DNA of 64,000 nucleotides, from positions 1,039-65,038 of the forward strand of contig CAJUEF010000007.1 in assembly GCA_910585035.1 (NCBI GenBank), in the 5' to 3' direction. A program made the position numbers and the translations under genes. This document shows, piece by piece, positions 1 to 8,355 of the stretch. Under the pieces are notes generated by a model that saw only the letters and a list, made by a program, of their open reading frames with translations, had not been told where the DNA came from and searched no databases. Origin of the DNA: an uncultured Christensenellaceae bacterium (GTDB lineage Bacteria > Bacillota > Clostridia > Christensenellales > MGBC116941). The stretch's first letter is position 1; every line of letters starts with the position of its first letter.

Positions 1-69
1 ATAGAGGTTCTGATGCACTGGTAATGCAATGGAAAAACAATATAGCTGCGCATAATAAATAATTTATTA

Positions 70-921
70 TCATGTTCTCTCCTTACTTTTCAGCACAAAT
101 ATACACATAATTATAGATATAATTAATGGGAATAATAAAGGAACACAAGCTTCAGCAGCAGTAGTGTTAAAGTAACCGTTTATCGAAACCGTAAACGCCG
201 GCGCCAGCTTTTCACCAATTATTCTTATTCCCGGAGCATAAAACAAAAAATTTCCTCCAATAAAATAAACAACAGGAACTACAATGGGCAAATATATTTT
301 TTTCGTTATCAGCGCAACACTGCACGAAAAAAGATTATACACAAAGCTGAAAGCAAAAACCTGAACTAATCCCACAAGACAATAATATAGCGGTAAATTT
401 TTATTGCCAAACCCTTTTCCAAACAAAAAATCCAATGCTTCATGAATATTGTCCGATTGCATTTTTAAAAAAGGAATTCCCATAATACAATATATTAAAT
501 AAGCTAAATATAAAGCAAGCGCCGTTATTGCCGCATTTGCCAGCATAGCGGACAATACTACCCTTATTCTTTTCTTTCCTCTGGTAAACTTATAAATAAA
601 AACCCCATTTTTTTCTTTTATAAAAACTACTACTGTAACACAACATAAAACAGGTAATAAAAAATTAAATATCATAGACGGCAATTCAGCATACAAGTCG
701 TAATCCACTAAATTTGATATGGTTCTTTTTCTAAATTCTGCTTTTTCTTCTTTGCTCATTCCTAACGTTTCTTCATGATAGTACTTTTCAAACTGAGAAG
801 GAATAACTTGATATATTCCGCTTTCAACAAACATTTCAATAAATAATCCTAATAATAGAATTAAAAACACAAACATAATATACTTATTAAACAGCCTGTA
901 TTTTGTCATAATATTAAACAT
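70..921 (-). CDS. Multi-pass integral membrane protein, ABC-2-permease-like topology; function unknown
   Basis: 283-aa ORF. TM1 (IMFVFLILLLGLFIEMFV) is followed by a ~50-aa loop and at least 5 further hydrophobic segments. Co-oriented directly downstream of the secreted protein at 984-1397. Confidence 0.6.
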   Translation of the reverse strand: MFNIMTKYRLFNKYIMFVFLILLLGLFIEMFVESGIYQVIPSQFEKYYHEETLGMSKEEKAEFRKRTISNLVDYDLYAELPSMIFNFLLPVLCCVTVVVFIKEKNGVFIYKFTRGKKRIRVVLSAMLANAAITALALYLAYLIYCIMGIPFLKMQSDNIHEALDFLFGKGFGNKNLPLYYCLVGLVQVFAFSFVYNLFSCSVALITKKIYLPIVVPVVYFIGGNFLFYAPGIRIIGEKLAPAFTVSINGYFNTTAAEACVPLLFPLIISIIMCIFVLKSKERT

Positions 922-983
922 TTTTAGCCTCCAAGTGACATTTAAAATAAGTATAAGCGGCTATAGCCGCTTATACTTATCGT

Positions 984-1397
984 TTACAATCCTCTGTCAG
1001 CTGACCAATTTCCCCAAACTTTAGTTCCGCCATCCCAAAAGTTTTGTCTAACCCCATATAAATGCACTTTATTTCCAGGCATTCCGTTATTATTTTTACT
1101 ATATCTGTAAGTAACAGGTACGGTTTGATGTCCAAGCTTAGTAGAGCCTCTCCTTAACTCCGTTTTCAGTTTCATAGTTTTGCTTCCTGCACTATTTCCT
1201 TGAAAGAAGACAGAATATCGTCCGTTATATGTAGCTCCATTGTGAGACTTAGTCATATCCCATGTTGTAAATCCTTGTTTGCCGCTAATAAAGTTACTAA
1301 AATTATAAGTTGGAGAAGCTAGAGCTGAATTAACAACTATTGAAATCATAGAAAATGCCATTAAACCTACCATCAACAATCTTTTTTTGTTTTTCAT
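984..1397 (-). CDS. Small secreted protein of unknown function (signal peptide plus ~110-aa Gly/Asn/Trp-rich mature part)
   Basis: N-terminus MKNKKRLLMVGLMAFSMISIVVNSALA is a typical Sec signal. GGAGGG lies 7 nt upstream of the ATG at 1397; the ORF-track start at 1412 overlaps this RBS. No family recognised. Confidence 0.6.
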   Translation of the reverse strand: MKNKKRLLMVGLMAFSMISIVVNSALASPTYNFSNFISGKQGFTTWDMTKSHNGATYNGRYSVFFQGNSAGSKTMKLKTELRRGSTKLGHQTVPVTYRYSKNNNGMPGNKVHLYGVRQNFWDGGTKVWGNWSADRGL

Positions 1398-1755
1398 TTT
1401 AATTCCCTCCATAATTCATAAATTCTTATTCTCCATTTTCACAACAAACTTAATGTTATTATCATTCCAACAAAAACATTACCACTTTTTCCCTATCTTT
1501 TAATTTAATTTCCTTGGACAAAGAATATCATAGAAAAACGCAAAGAAACAAAATTTTTCACAAGTGGTCATAATTTAACAATAAAAAGGATTTTTATATA
1601 TTAATTAAATAATTTTTTATTAAATTAGATAATTTCGACATTTTTAAAAATGTCCTCATGGCAATAAAAAAATACCATTTATACAAATGGTATTTATAAA
1701 ATATTATATTGCGTAATATAAAATCATATCTAAATGTTATGTAATGCTAAATAAG

Positions 1756-2259
1756 TTATTTTTGGTCTTTTGGCCAATTTATTTTCCATTCAAAATAATC
1801 TTCTTTGGTAATGCTTCCTGACTTAAGCTCTTCCTTTTTGAGAAGCCATTCTTTCATAACGCTATTTAAGTTTTCATTGTTAAACCAAAGCCCTATCATT
1901 GGATATTCCGGCAATTTATTAGCATCTTTATATCCATCTAAGGTGTCTTTGTTTTTCATTACATCGGATTTATCCATTTTAAAGAGCTTAATATTTCCCG
2001 GAAGCACTTCTTCAAGCCAAAAAAGCATTTCTATTATTTCATAATGTTCTTCATCAAAAGAATTATAGAGCGCCGCTGAATTAACATTTAAAGCTTTAGC
2101 TATTTCTTTTAGAAAATCTTTTTTAGGCACTCTGTAATTTGTTTCATACTGTGCAATCCGGTTATCCCCATTTTCTCCAAGACCAAGCAATTTGCTTAAT
2201 TCTTTTTGTGTTAATTTTCTAAATGTGCGTATTCGTTTAATTTTTTCTCCTATTTGCAT
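1756..2259 (-). CDS. XRE-family helix-turn-helix transcriptional regulator with C-terminal extension
   Basis: MQIGEKIKRIRTFRKLTQKELSKLLGL..RIAQYE is a classic Cro/C1-type HTH. Start moved to the internal ATG at 2259, which has a GAAAGG RBS. Divergent from the 2671-4044 cassette. Confidence 0.8.
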   Translation of the reverse strand: MQIGEKIKRIRTFRKLTQKELSKLLGLGENGDNRIAQYETNYRVPKKDFLKEIAKALNVNSAALYNSFDEEHYEIIEMLFWLEEVLPGNIKLFKMDKSDVMKNKDTLDGYKDANKLPEYPMIGLWFNNENLNSVMKEWLLKKEELKSGSITKEDYFEWKINWPKDQK

Positions 2260-2369
2260 TTTTTTCGCCTTTCTAATATGTTTATATTTAAATGATGCGT
2301 CGAAAATCGACAAAAGTAAATATATAAGTATACTTTAATTTGTGCAAGTTTTGTCAAAAAAAGTATATA

Positions 2370-2398
2370 TTGACAGTATTATACATAGGTGTTATAAT
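2370..2398 (+). promoter_or_regulatory. Sigma-A type promoter, TTGACA-17 nt-TATAAT
   Basis: TTGACA at 2370-2375 and TATAAT at 2393-2398 with an exact 17-nt spacer. It faces the 2671-4044 cassette. Confidence 0.6.
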
Positions 2399-2400
2399 TC

Positions 2401-2420
2401 CATTAACAAATTTGTTAATG
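2401..2420. promoter_or_regulatory. Perfect 20-bp palindrome CATTAACAAATTTGTTAATG; candidate operator for the adjacent XRE regulator
   Basis: Perfect inverted repeat beginning 3 nt after the -10 box, so it sits over the predicted transcription start. Confidence 0.5.
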
Positions 2421-2670
2421 AACCTTTACAATTGAATGAGCTTCCTGTCTGATCAATAAATATATTTACGCCATGACACTAAAAAAAAGCGAGCGAAATA
2501 TTAATAAAAAAATTCTTAAAATAAGGCCGAATAAATTTTTATTTACGGCAAAACAAAAAACAAGAAATATTAACAAAATCATAAAATCAGATTAGGGTGA
2601 AAAGCCGCTAACTCATATTTTCTTTAAAGAGAAATACTTATATGTGGTAAATTATAAAGGGGGAAAAAAT

Positions 2671-3471
2671 ATGATCGATTTGCATAAAGCATTTGAAGAC
2701 GCCAAAGCGTGGGAACTTGAGCGTCATGCAATGCGTGATGCCACAGGAGATGAAGAGTGGAGAGAAGCCAAAACTAAATTTGAAAAAGATAAAACTGATA
2801 TTTTAATGGATTATGACCAAAATAAAAACCCTGAATTTGTAACCACTGAAAAAGAAACTCAGCTGCGCTTTGTAATGCAGGTTGTCCAACAGCAAGCAAC
2901 AAATACCTTTGTAAATCTTGGACAGGATTTTACAAAAGACCCTGAACTATGGATTCAGTTTTTTGCCAGATATCCGCTATTATTTAACTTCAGGGAAAGA
3001 GAAGGAAAACATTTTGAAAAAAAAGACTTTTCTCTCAGCGCAAACGCAGAACTAATTGAAGAATGTCTTGGCGCCAACACCCCGAAAAATATTGCAGATT
3101 CTTTTATACACGCTCTCCAAAAATCCTCCGGAAAGGTTCTTGAAATCAGCAGTGAAAATGAACATCTACAATATTTAACGGTTATACGTACTTATGATAA
3201 AGCAAGCACCTTAACTATTTATCGCGCCGAGCTAAAGCTTGAGGTCTCAAAAGTAAAAACTGTGTGTGCAGGAACTCAAAAACAAAATTTAGTTATTGAT
3301 TACGACAGAACTGTTTTTGAAATAAACGATATACTTGCTTATGCTCTTTATCCTTCTCTTATGGAAACAGCCAAATCTGAGCTTGTGGCAAGACTTACTG
3401 AATTTTTCCTGCAAATGGCCAGAGAGCAGTTTAAAAAATTCGACGACTGGCTCAAAAATCCGGTAAAATAA
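2671..3471 (+). CDS. Hypothetical cytoplasmic protein (266 aa), no recognised family
   Basis: Long ORF. AAAGGGGGA RBS lies 8 nt before the ATG at 2671. No TM segment or signal peptide. First gene of a two-gene cassette. Confidence 0.65.
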   Translation: MIDLHKAFEDAKAWELERHAMRDATGDEEWREAKTKFEKDKTDILMDYDQNKNPEFVTTEKETQLRFVMQVVQQQATNTFVNLGQDFTKDPELWIQFFARYPLLFNFREREGKHFEKKDFSLSANAELIEECLGANTPKNIADSFIHALQKSSGKVLEISSENEHLQYLTVIRTYDKASTLTIYRAELKLEVSKVKTVCAGTQKQNLVIDYDRTVFEINDILAYALYPSLMETAKSELVARLTEFFLQMAREQFKKFDDWLKNPVK

Positions 3472-3495
3472 TTTTCTAAAGGAGTAAGCAACCTA

Positions 3496-4044
3496 ATGTT
3501 TTTTAGAAAAGTTAATAAAGGTCAGCCTTGTAATCCCCTTAATATTCCTGATTTGTTTGCATCTATGCAAGCCTTTGAAGAACAAATGAATTTTGCAGCA
3601 ATAACAGGTATATACGGTACAAATGTGCCAACAATTTGTGCCGGCAGCGATATAACCGCCGGAAAATCTTATGTGATGCTTGCTGAAACTCCGGGCACAT
3701 ATCCTGTTTATTCTATAATAGGTCCAAACGAGTACTGTTATATGTCTCCGCACCTCACCTCATGCGCAGCGGTAATATTTTTCTGCGATGAATGTGTGTA
3801 CGCATATCACGCTTCCGGAGGCTTTATTGACCAGAGTATAGTAGAACCTGTTATACAAAATAATGACTTTGAATATGTCATTTATGCCACCCCAACAATC
3901 ACTTTGACGCCGGGGAACGACTATCAAAAATCGGTGGACTACCTCACTGGCCACCCTAAAATCGGCGCAAATAAAGTTGGAATGATAGATGGATTTATCA
4001 AAAACGTTTTTGCAGACGGTATGGGCAACATTCAGTTCATATAG
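3496..4044 (+). CDS. Hypothetical protein (182 aa) with a conserved-looking Cys/His core (HLTSCAAVIFFCDECVYAYHASGG)
   Basis: ORF 24 nt downstream of the preceding gene, with AAGGAG upstream. Followed by a strong terminator. No family recognised with confidence. Confidence 0.65.
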   Translation: MFFRKVNKGQPCNPLNIPDLFASMQAFEEQMNFAAITGIYGTNVPTICAGSDITAGKSYVMLAETPGTYPVYSIIGPNEYCYMSPHLTSCAAVIFFCDECVYAYHASGGFIDQSIVEPVIQNNDFEYVIYATPTITLTPGNDYQKSVDYLTGHPKIGANKVGMIDGFIKNVFADGMGNIQFI

Positions 4045-4056
4045 TCTGCCATTATT

Positions 4057-4098
4057 AAAACTCCCTTACGGACGCCTTTCCCGTGAGGGAGTTTTTTT
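4057..4098. terminator. Bidirectional intrinsic terminator shared by the convergent 3496-4044 gene and aroE
   Basis: AAAACTCCCTTACGG / CCGTGAGGGAGTTTT stem with one G.T pair, an A-run before and a T-run after. Confidence 0.7.
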
Positions 4099-4922
4099 TA
4101 AAGCATATTTAAAAGCTCGTCTCTTTCTTCCTTATCCGGCATTATACCGGAAAAAATCTCAAAGGCATAAAACGCCTGACATATAAGCATATCCAGCCCA
4201 TTACAGCACTTAATATTATTTTTTTCCGCTTCTTTTAGCAGCCTTGTCTTTCTTGGTTCATAAATAATATCGTATACAAAAGAATTTTTTTTGAGCAGAT
4301 TTATAAAAGATAAATCCTCAAAGTCTTTTCCTTTCATACCTATGCTTGTGCAGTTAATCAGCAAATCACAATCTTGCATATATTCATCCATCTTAGACAG
4401 ATCATCTGTTTTTATTGCCCCTCCCACTATATCTGCGAGTTCCTTTGCTTTTAAAAGAGTTCTGTTTAATATAGTAAGAGAGTTTACCTTTGCCCTTGCT
4501 ATCTCATAGCATATACTTTTTGCCGCTCCTCCCGCTCCAATTACAACCACATTTTTACCAGTTATATCAAACCCCCGGTAGTTAAGAGATAAAAGCAATC
4601 CCTTGCCGTCGGTAGTATAGCCGGTGCCTGTTGTAAGATCAAGAGTATTTACAGTTTTAAGCAGCTCTGAAAGAGAGTCCAGCCTGCGGGACAGCGTTGC
4701 CGCCTTTTCCTTTAAAGGCATTGTTACGTTTACGCCTTTTAAATTCATTCCCTTTGCAAATTCTTTTAAAAACTGCTCTATGTTTTCCTCGTTGAGCTCT
4801 ATTGCAATATAAGTTCCGTCAATATTATATTTTTTAAAAAGGTAATTATATATATCCGGTGACTTGCTGTGACTTACAGGATTTCCAATTACTGCAAAAA
4901 TTTTTTTTTGCAACTTTTTCAC
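4098..4922 (-). CDS. aroE: Shikimate dehydrogenase
   Basis: Motifs GNPVSHSKSP, NVTMPLK and GAGGAAKS (Rossmann). The GTG start at 4922 is uncertain because the RBS lies very close; a TTG 9 nt downstream is possible. Confidence 0.85.
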   Translation of the reverse strand: MKKLQKKIFAVIGNPVSHSKSPDIYNYLFKKYNIDGTYIAIELNEENIEQFLKEFAKGMNLKGVNVTMPLKEKAATLSRRLDSLSELLKTVNTLDLTTGTGYTTDGKGLLLSLNYRGFDITGKNVVVIGAGGAAKSICYEIARAKVNSLTILNRTLLKAKELADIVGGAIKTDDLSKMDEYMQDCDLLINCTSIGMKGKDFEDLSFINLLKKNSFVYDIIYEPRKTRLLKEAEKNNIKCCNGLDMLICQAFYAFEIFSGIMPDKEERDELLNML

Positions 4923-4999
4923 CTCTCCTTTTTCCTTTGCTTACTTACATATTGTAATAAATTCTCTGAAAAAAATAAAGAAAATACTTAATTCGCCTC

Positions 5000-5029
5000 T
5001 TGACTAATTTCCGTGTCAGCACTATAATG
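5000..5029 (+). promoter_or_regulatory. Sigma-A type promoter for nrdDG, TTGACT-18 nt-TATAAT
   Basis: TTGACT at 5000-5005 and TATAAT at 5024-5029. Confidence 0.55.
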
Positions 5030-5062
5030 ATACTACATTTAGGATATTATAACATTATATAA

Positions 5063-5078
5063 ACACTATATATAGCGT
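5063..5078. promoter_or_regulatory. NrdR-box-like palindrome ACACTATATATAGCGT
   Basis: 16-bp AT-centred imperfect palindrome resembling the NrdR box consensus (acaCwAtATaTwGtgt). It lies between the promoter and nrdD. Confidence 0.5.
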
Positions 5079-5213
5079 TTATTGTTTTTTCAAATGTTTA
5101 TGTACTTGCGGTAAAATTTCGTTATTTATTTGTTTTAAATCATATAACAAAAAACTAAAAAGCAAAAATAATTTGCTTCTCGTGAAAAATTATTTAAAAG
5201 GAGAAACTTATTT

Positions 5214-7526
5214 ATGGAAACGATTCTAAAGAGAGACGGAAGAAAGGTTGAATTCTGCAAACAAAAAATTGACAACGCAATAAAAAAAGCTTTTATTGCC
5301 TGCAACATAATAAAACCTGATTCCGAAATTCAAGCCCTTGGCTGTGAAGTTGTTGAAAGACTTAAAAGTGAGGGTATGACGTCTCCAGGAGTCGAAGATA
5401 TTCAGGACATGGTTGAAGCAGTGCTTGTAGACCATGGCTTTGTCCGTGTTGCCAAGGCTTACATTTTATACCGAGCTGAGCGTACCCGTATACGCCAGGC
5501 AGGTACCCGTCTTATGAAAATATACGAAGATATTACATTTAAGCCTGCGGAGCAAAGCGATATTAAAAGAGAAAACGCAAATGTAGACGGGGACACCGCT
5601 ATGGGTACCATGCTAAAATACGGCAGCGAAGGCGCAAAGCATTTTTATAATATGTTCGTTTTAAACCCTGAGCATGCAAAAGCCCACACCGAAGGGGATA
5701 TACATATTCATGATTTGGATTTTCTCACCCTTACCACCACCTGCACCCAAATAGATTTAATAGGTCTTTTTAACGGCGGTTTTTCAACAGGTCACGGCAC
5801 TTTAAGAGAACCAAACGACATATCCAGCTATGCAGCTCTTGCCTGCATAGCTATTCAGTCCAACCAAAACGACCAGCACGGCGGACAAAGCATAGCAAAC
5901 TTTGACTACGGTCTTGCACCGGGAGTTGCCAAAACCTTTTCCCGCCTTTATAAAGAGAACCTTATTAAAGCCCTTAATCTCCTTGGAAATATAGAAGAAA
6001 CAACAAAAGGGGTAAGCTATGATGGAAAATATATTCGTATGGGCGATTATGTAGACTATCAGGAAAACGAAAAAGAAATTTTAACCTCCCGCGGTTATAG
6101 CGCTGATATAGTAAAAAGCGCCCAAAAGTTCGCATTAAATCGTGCGCTGCTTGAAACTGACAGGGCGACCTATCAGGCAATGGAAGCCCTTATACACAAT
6201 CTAAATACCATGCACAGCAGAGCAGGAGCGCAAACCCCTTTTTCTTCAATAAATTACGGTCTTGATACAAGCCTTGAGGGCAGAATGATTATTAAAAACA
6301 TTCTTCTTGCAACCGAAGCAGGGCTTGGCAGCGGTGAAACAGCTATCTTTCCCATTCATTGCTACCGCATTAAAAACGGCATAAATTATGAAAAGGAAGA
6401 CCCAAATTACGACCTGTTTAAGCTTGCATGCCGTGTCAGCGCAAAACGGTTATTCCCTAACTTCTCTTTTATAGATGCACCTTATAACTTGCAGTATTAT
6501 AAAGAAGGTCACCCTGAAACAGAGGTGGCATACATGGGGTGCCGTACCAGAGTTATGGCTAACGTGGCTGATCCGGAAAGAGAAATAACCTTTGGCAGAG
6601 GTAATCTTAGCTTTACATCCATTAATCTTCCAAGGCTTGCCATTCGCTCCAAAGGAGATATAGAATGGTTTTACGATGAGCTGGATAAAAAAATAGACCT
6701 TTGCATAGACCAGCTTTTAGAGCGTTTTGAAATTCAGGCCTCCAAAAAAGTTTATAATTATCCGTTTCTTATGGGTCAGGGCGTGTGGATCGACAGCGAT
6801 AAACTGGAAAGGGACAGCGAAGTGAGAGAAGTGTTAAAGCATGGCACACTTACAGTTGGCTTTATCGGTCTTGCAGAATGCCTTAAAGCTCTTATTGGCA
6901 GTCACCACGGCGAAAGCGAAGAAGCCCGCAATCTTGGACTTGATATAGTTTCCCACATGCGTGCAAGGATGGATGACGCCGCTAAAAAATACAACCTGAA
7001 TTTCAGTCTTATCGCCACGCCTGCAGAAGGCCTTTCAGGTCGCTTTGTACGCATAGATAAAGAGAAATACGGCATTTTTGAAGGAGTTACCGACAGAGAT
7101 TACTATACAAATAGCTTTCATGTTCCTGTGTATTATAACATCAACGCCTTTGACAAAATAAAAATAGAAGGTCCTTATCACGCTCTTACAAATGCAGGGC
7201 ATATTTCTTATGTGGAACTGGACGGTGACACGGCAAAAAATCCTGAAGCATTTGAAAAAATAGTTCGCTGCATGTATGAAAACGGAATTGGTTACGGCTC
7301 TATTAACCACCCTGTAGATAGAGACCCTATATGTGGATATAATGGCATTATTGATGATGTTTGCCCTAAATGCGGCAGAACGGAACAGGAACATAAATTT
7401 GAACGCATTCGTCGAATTACCGGCTATCTGGTTGGTACGTTAGACAGATTTAATACAGGCAAGCGAGCAGAAGAAAGAGACCGGGTTAAACATAGCGGAT
7501 TGGAGAACTGTAAATGCTCAAAGTAG
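5214..7526 (+). CDS. nrdD: Anaerobic ribonucleoside-triphosphate reductase (class III)
   Basis: 770 aa. N-terminal ATP-cone (ILKRDGRKVEF..), C-terminal Zn site CPKCG and glycyl-radical region RRITGYLVG. Followed by an overlapping nrdG. Confidence 0.93.
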   Translation: METILKRDGRKVEFCKQKIDNAIKKAFIACNIIKPDSEIQALGCEVVERLKSEGMTSPGVEDIQDMVEAVLVDHGFVRVAKAYILYRAERTRIRQAGTRLMKIYEDITFKPAEQSDIKRENANVDGDTAMGTMLKYGSEGAKHFYNMFVLNPEHAKAHTEGDIHIHDLDFLTLTTTCTQIDLIGLFNGGFSTGHGTLREPNDISSYAALACIAIQSNQNDQHGGQSIANFDYGLAPGVAKTFSRLYKENLIKALNLLGNIEETTKGVSYDGKYIRMGDYVDYQENEKEILTSRGYSADIVKSAQKFALNRALLETDRATYQAMEALIHNLNTMHSRAGAQTPFSSINYGLDTSLEGRMIIKNILLATEAGLGSGETAIFPIHCYRIKNGINYEKEDPNYDLFKLACRVSAKRLFPNFSFIDAPYNLQYYKEGHPETEVAYMGCRTRVMANVADPEREITFGRGNLSFTSINLPRLAIRSKGDIEWFYDELDKKIDLCIDQLLERFEIQASKKVYNYPFLMGQGVWIDSDKLERDSEVREVLKHGTLTVGFIGLAECLKALIGSHHGESEEARNLGLDIVSHMRARMDDAAKKYNLNFSLIATPAEGLSGRFVRIDKEKYGIFEGVTDRDYYTNSFHVPVYYNINAFDKIKIEGPYHALTNAGHISYVELDGDTAKNPEAFEKIVRCMYENGIGYGSINHPVDRDPICGYNGIIDDVCPKCGRTEQEHKFERIRRITGYLVGTLDRFNTGKRAEERDRVKHSGLENCKCSK

Positions 7527-8011
7527 CAGGCAGCGAGCCCTCATCCATTGTTGACGGACCGGGCTTTCGATATACAATCTTTTTACAAGGATGCAGCCAC
7601 CACTGTGACGGCTGCCAAAACCCGGCAACATGGGATAAAGAAGGGGGAACCCTAAAAGATACAGCGGCTATTATAGAGGACATAAAAAAGGCATATTATA
7701 TAGACGGAGTAACTATTTCAGGGGGTGAGCCTTTAGACCAGGCAAAGGAGCTTTTAAAGCTTCTTAAGAGCTTAAAAGAGCTTAATTATCACATTATAAT
7801 GTTTACGGGATACACTTATGAAGATGTAATGCAGCATGAGGACATGAAAAAATGCATGGAATACACCGACATACTTATTGACGGTGAATATGTAAAGTCT
7901 AAACGAAGCTTATCTCTTCGTTTTAGAGGATCGTCCAACCAGCGCATTATAGATATTCCTGCTTCTTTACCCTTGGAAAATCCGGTGATTATATATTTAG
8001 ATAATAAGTAA
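7514..8011 (+). CDS. nrdG: Anaerobic ribonucleotide reductase activating protein (radical SAM)
   Basis: VDGPGFRYTIFLQGCSHHCDGCQNP contains a CX3CX2C cluster motif. Overlaps the nrdD stop. Confidence 0.9.
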   Translation: MLKVAGSEPSSIVDGPGFRYTIFLQGCSHHCDGCQNPATWDKEGGTLKDTAAIIEDIKKAYYIDGVTISGGEPLDQAKELLKLLKSLKELNYHIIMFTGYTYEDVMQHEDMKKCMEYTDILIDGEYVKSKRSLSLRFRGSSNQRIIDIPASLPLENPVIIYLDNK

Positions 8012-8079
8012 GTTTACTTTTTCTAACAAATGAGTTATAATACTAAACATGAAAAACCTTTTTATTTGGAAGTGATAAA

Positions 8080-8205
8080 ATGGCAAAAAGCAAAAAAAGG
8101 CATGTGGATAAGCGTAAATTGTTTATTCAGTTTTTTGCAATCACCCTTTGTGCGCTAATGGTTATACTTGCCATAGTTTCTTCATACCACATGATTAAAA
8201 GCTAA
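8080..8205 (+). CDS. Possible 41-aa single-pass membrane peptide (MAKSKKRHVDKRKLFIQFFAITLCALMVILAIVSSYHMIKS)
   Basis: Not in the ORF track (under 60 aa). GGAAGTGA RBS-like sequence upstream. Basic N-terminus plus one hydrophobic helix. Confidence 0.3.
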   Translation: MAKSKKRHVDKRKLFIQFFAITLCALMVILAIVSSYHMIKS

Positions 8206-8296
8206 AACTTTCCTTTGCTGCTTTAAAATAAATTTAGGGAAGAGTCAGAGCATTTGCTTTGACTTAACATATTATTCCCCATATGATTACACCATG

Positions 8297-8346
8297 CACA
8301 AAAACCGGGATATTGACTACCCCAAAGTCAACCCCGGTTTTTGTGC
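8297..8346. terminator. Nested double hairpin, terminator of the C1-like gene
   Basis: 14-bp outer stem GCACAAAAACCGGG / CCCGGTTTTTGTGC encloses an inner TTGACT..AGTCAA hairpin. Lies 10 nt beyond the stop at 8356. Confidence 0.6.
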
Positions 8347-8355
8347 GTCATTAGA

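Noticed and set aside
984-1397. Assignment to the lactococcin-972 bacteriocin family
   Set aside because: Only the gene arrangement and a terminal NFW-containing segment are reminiscent. No convincing alignment to the family sequence as I recall it could be made.
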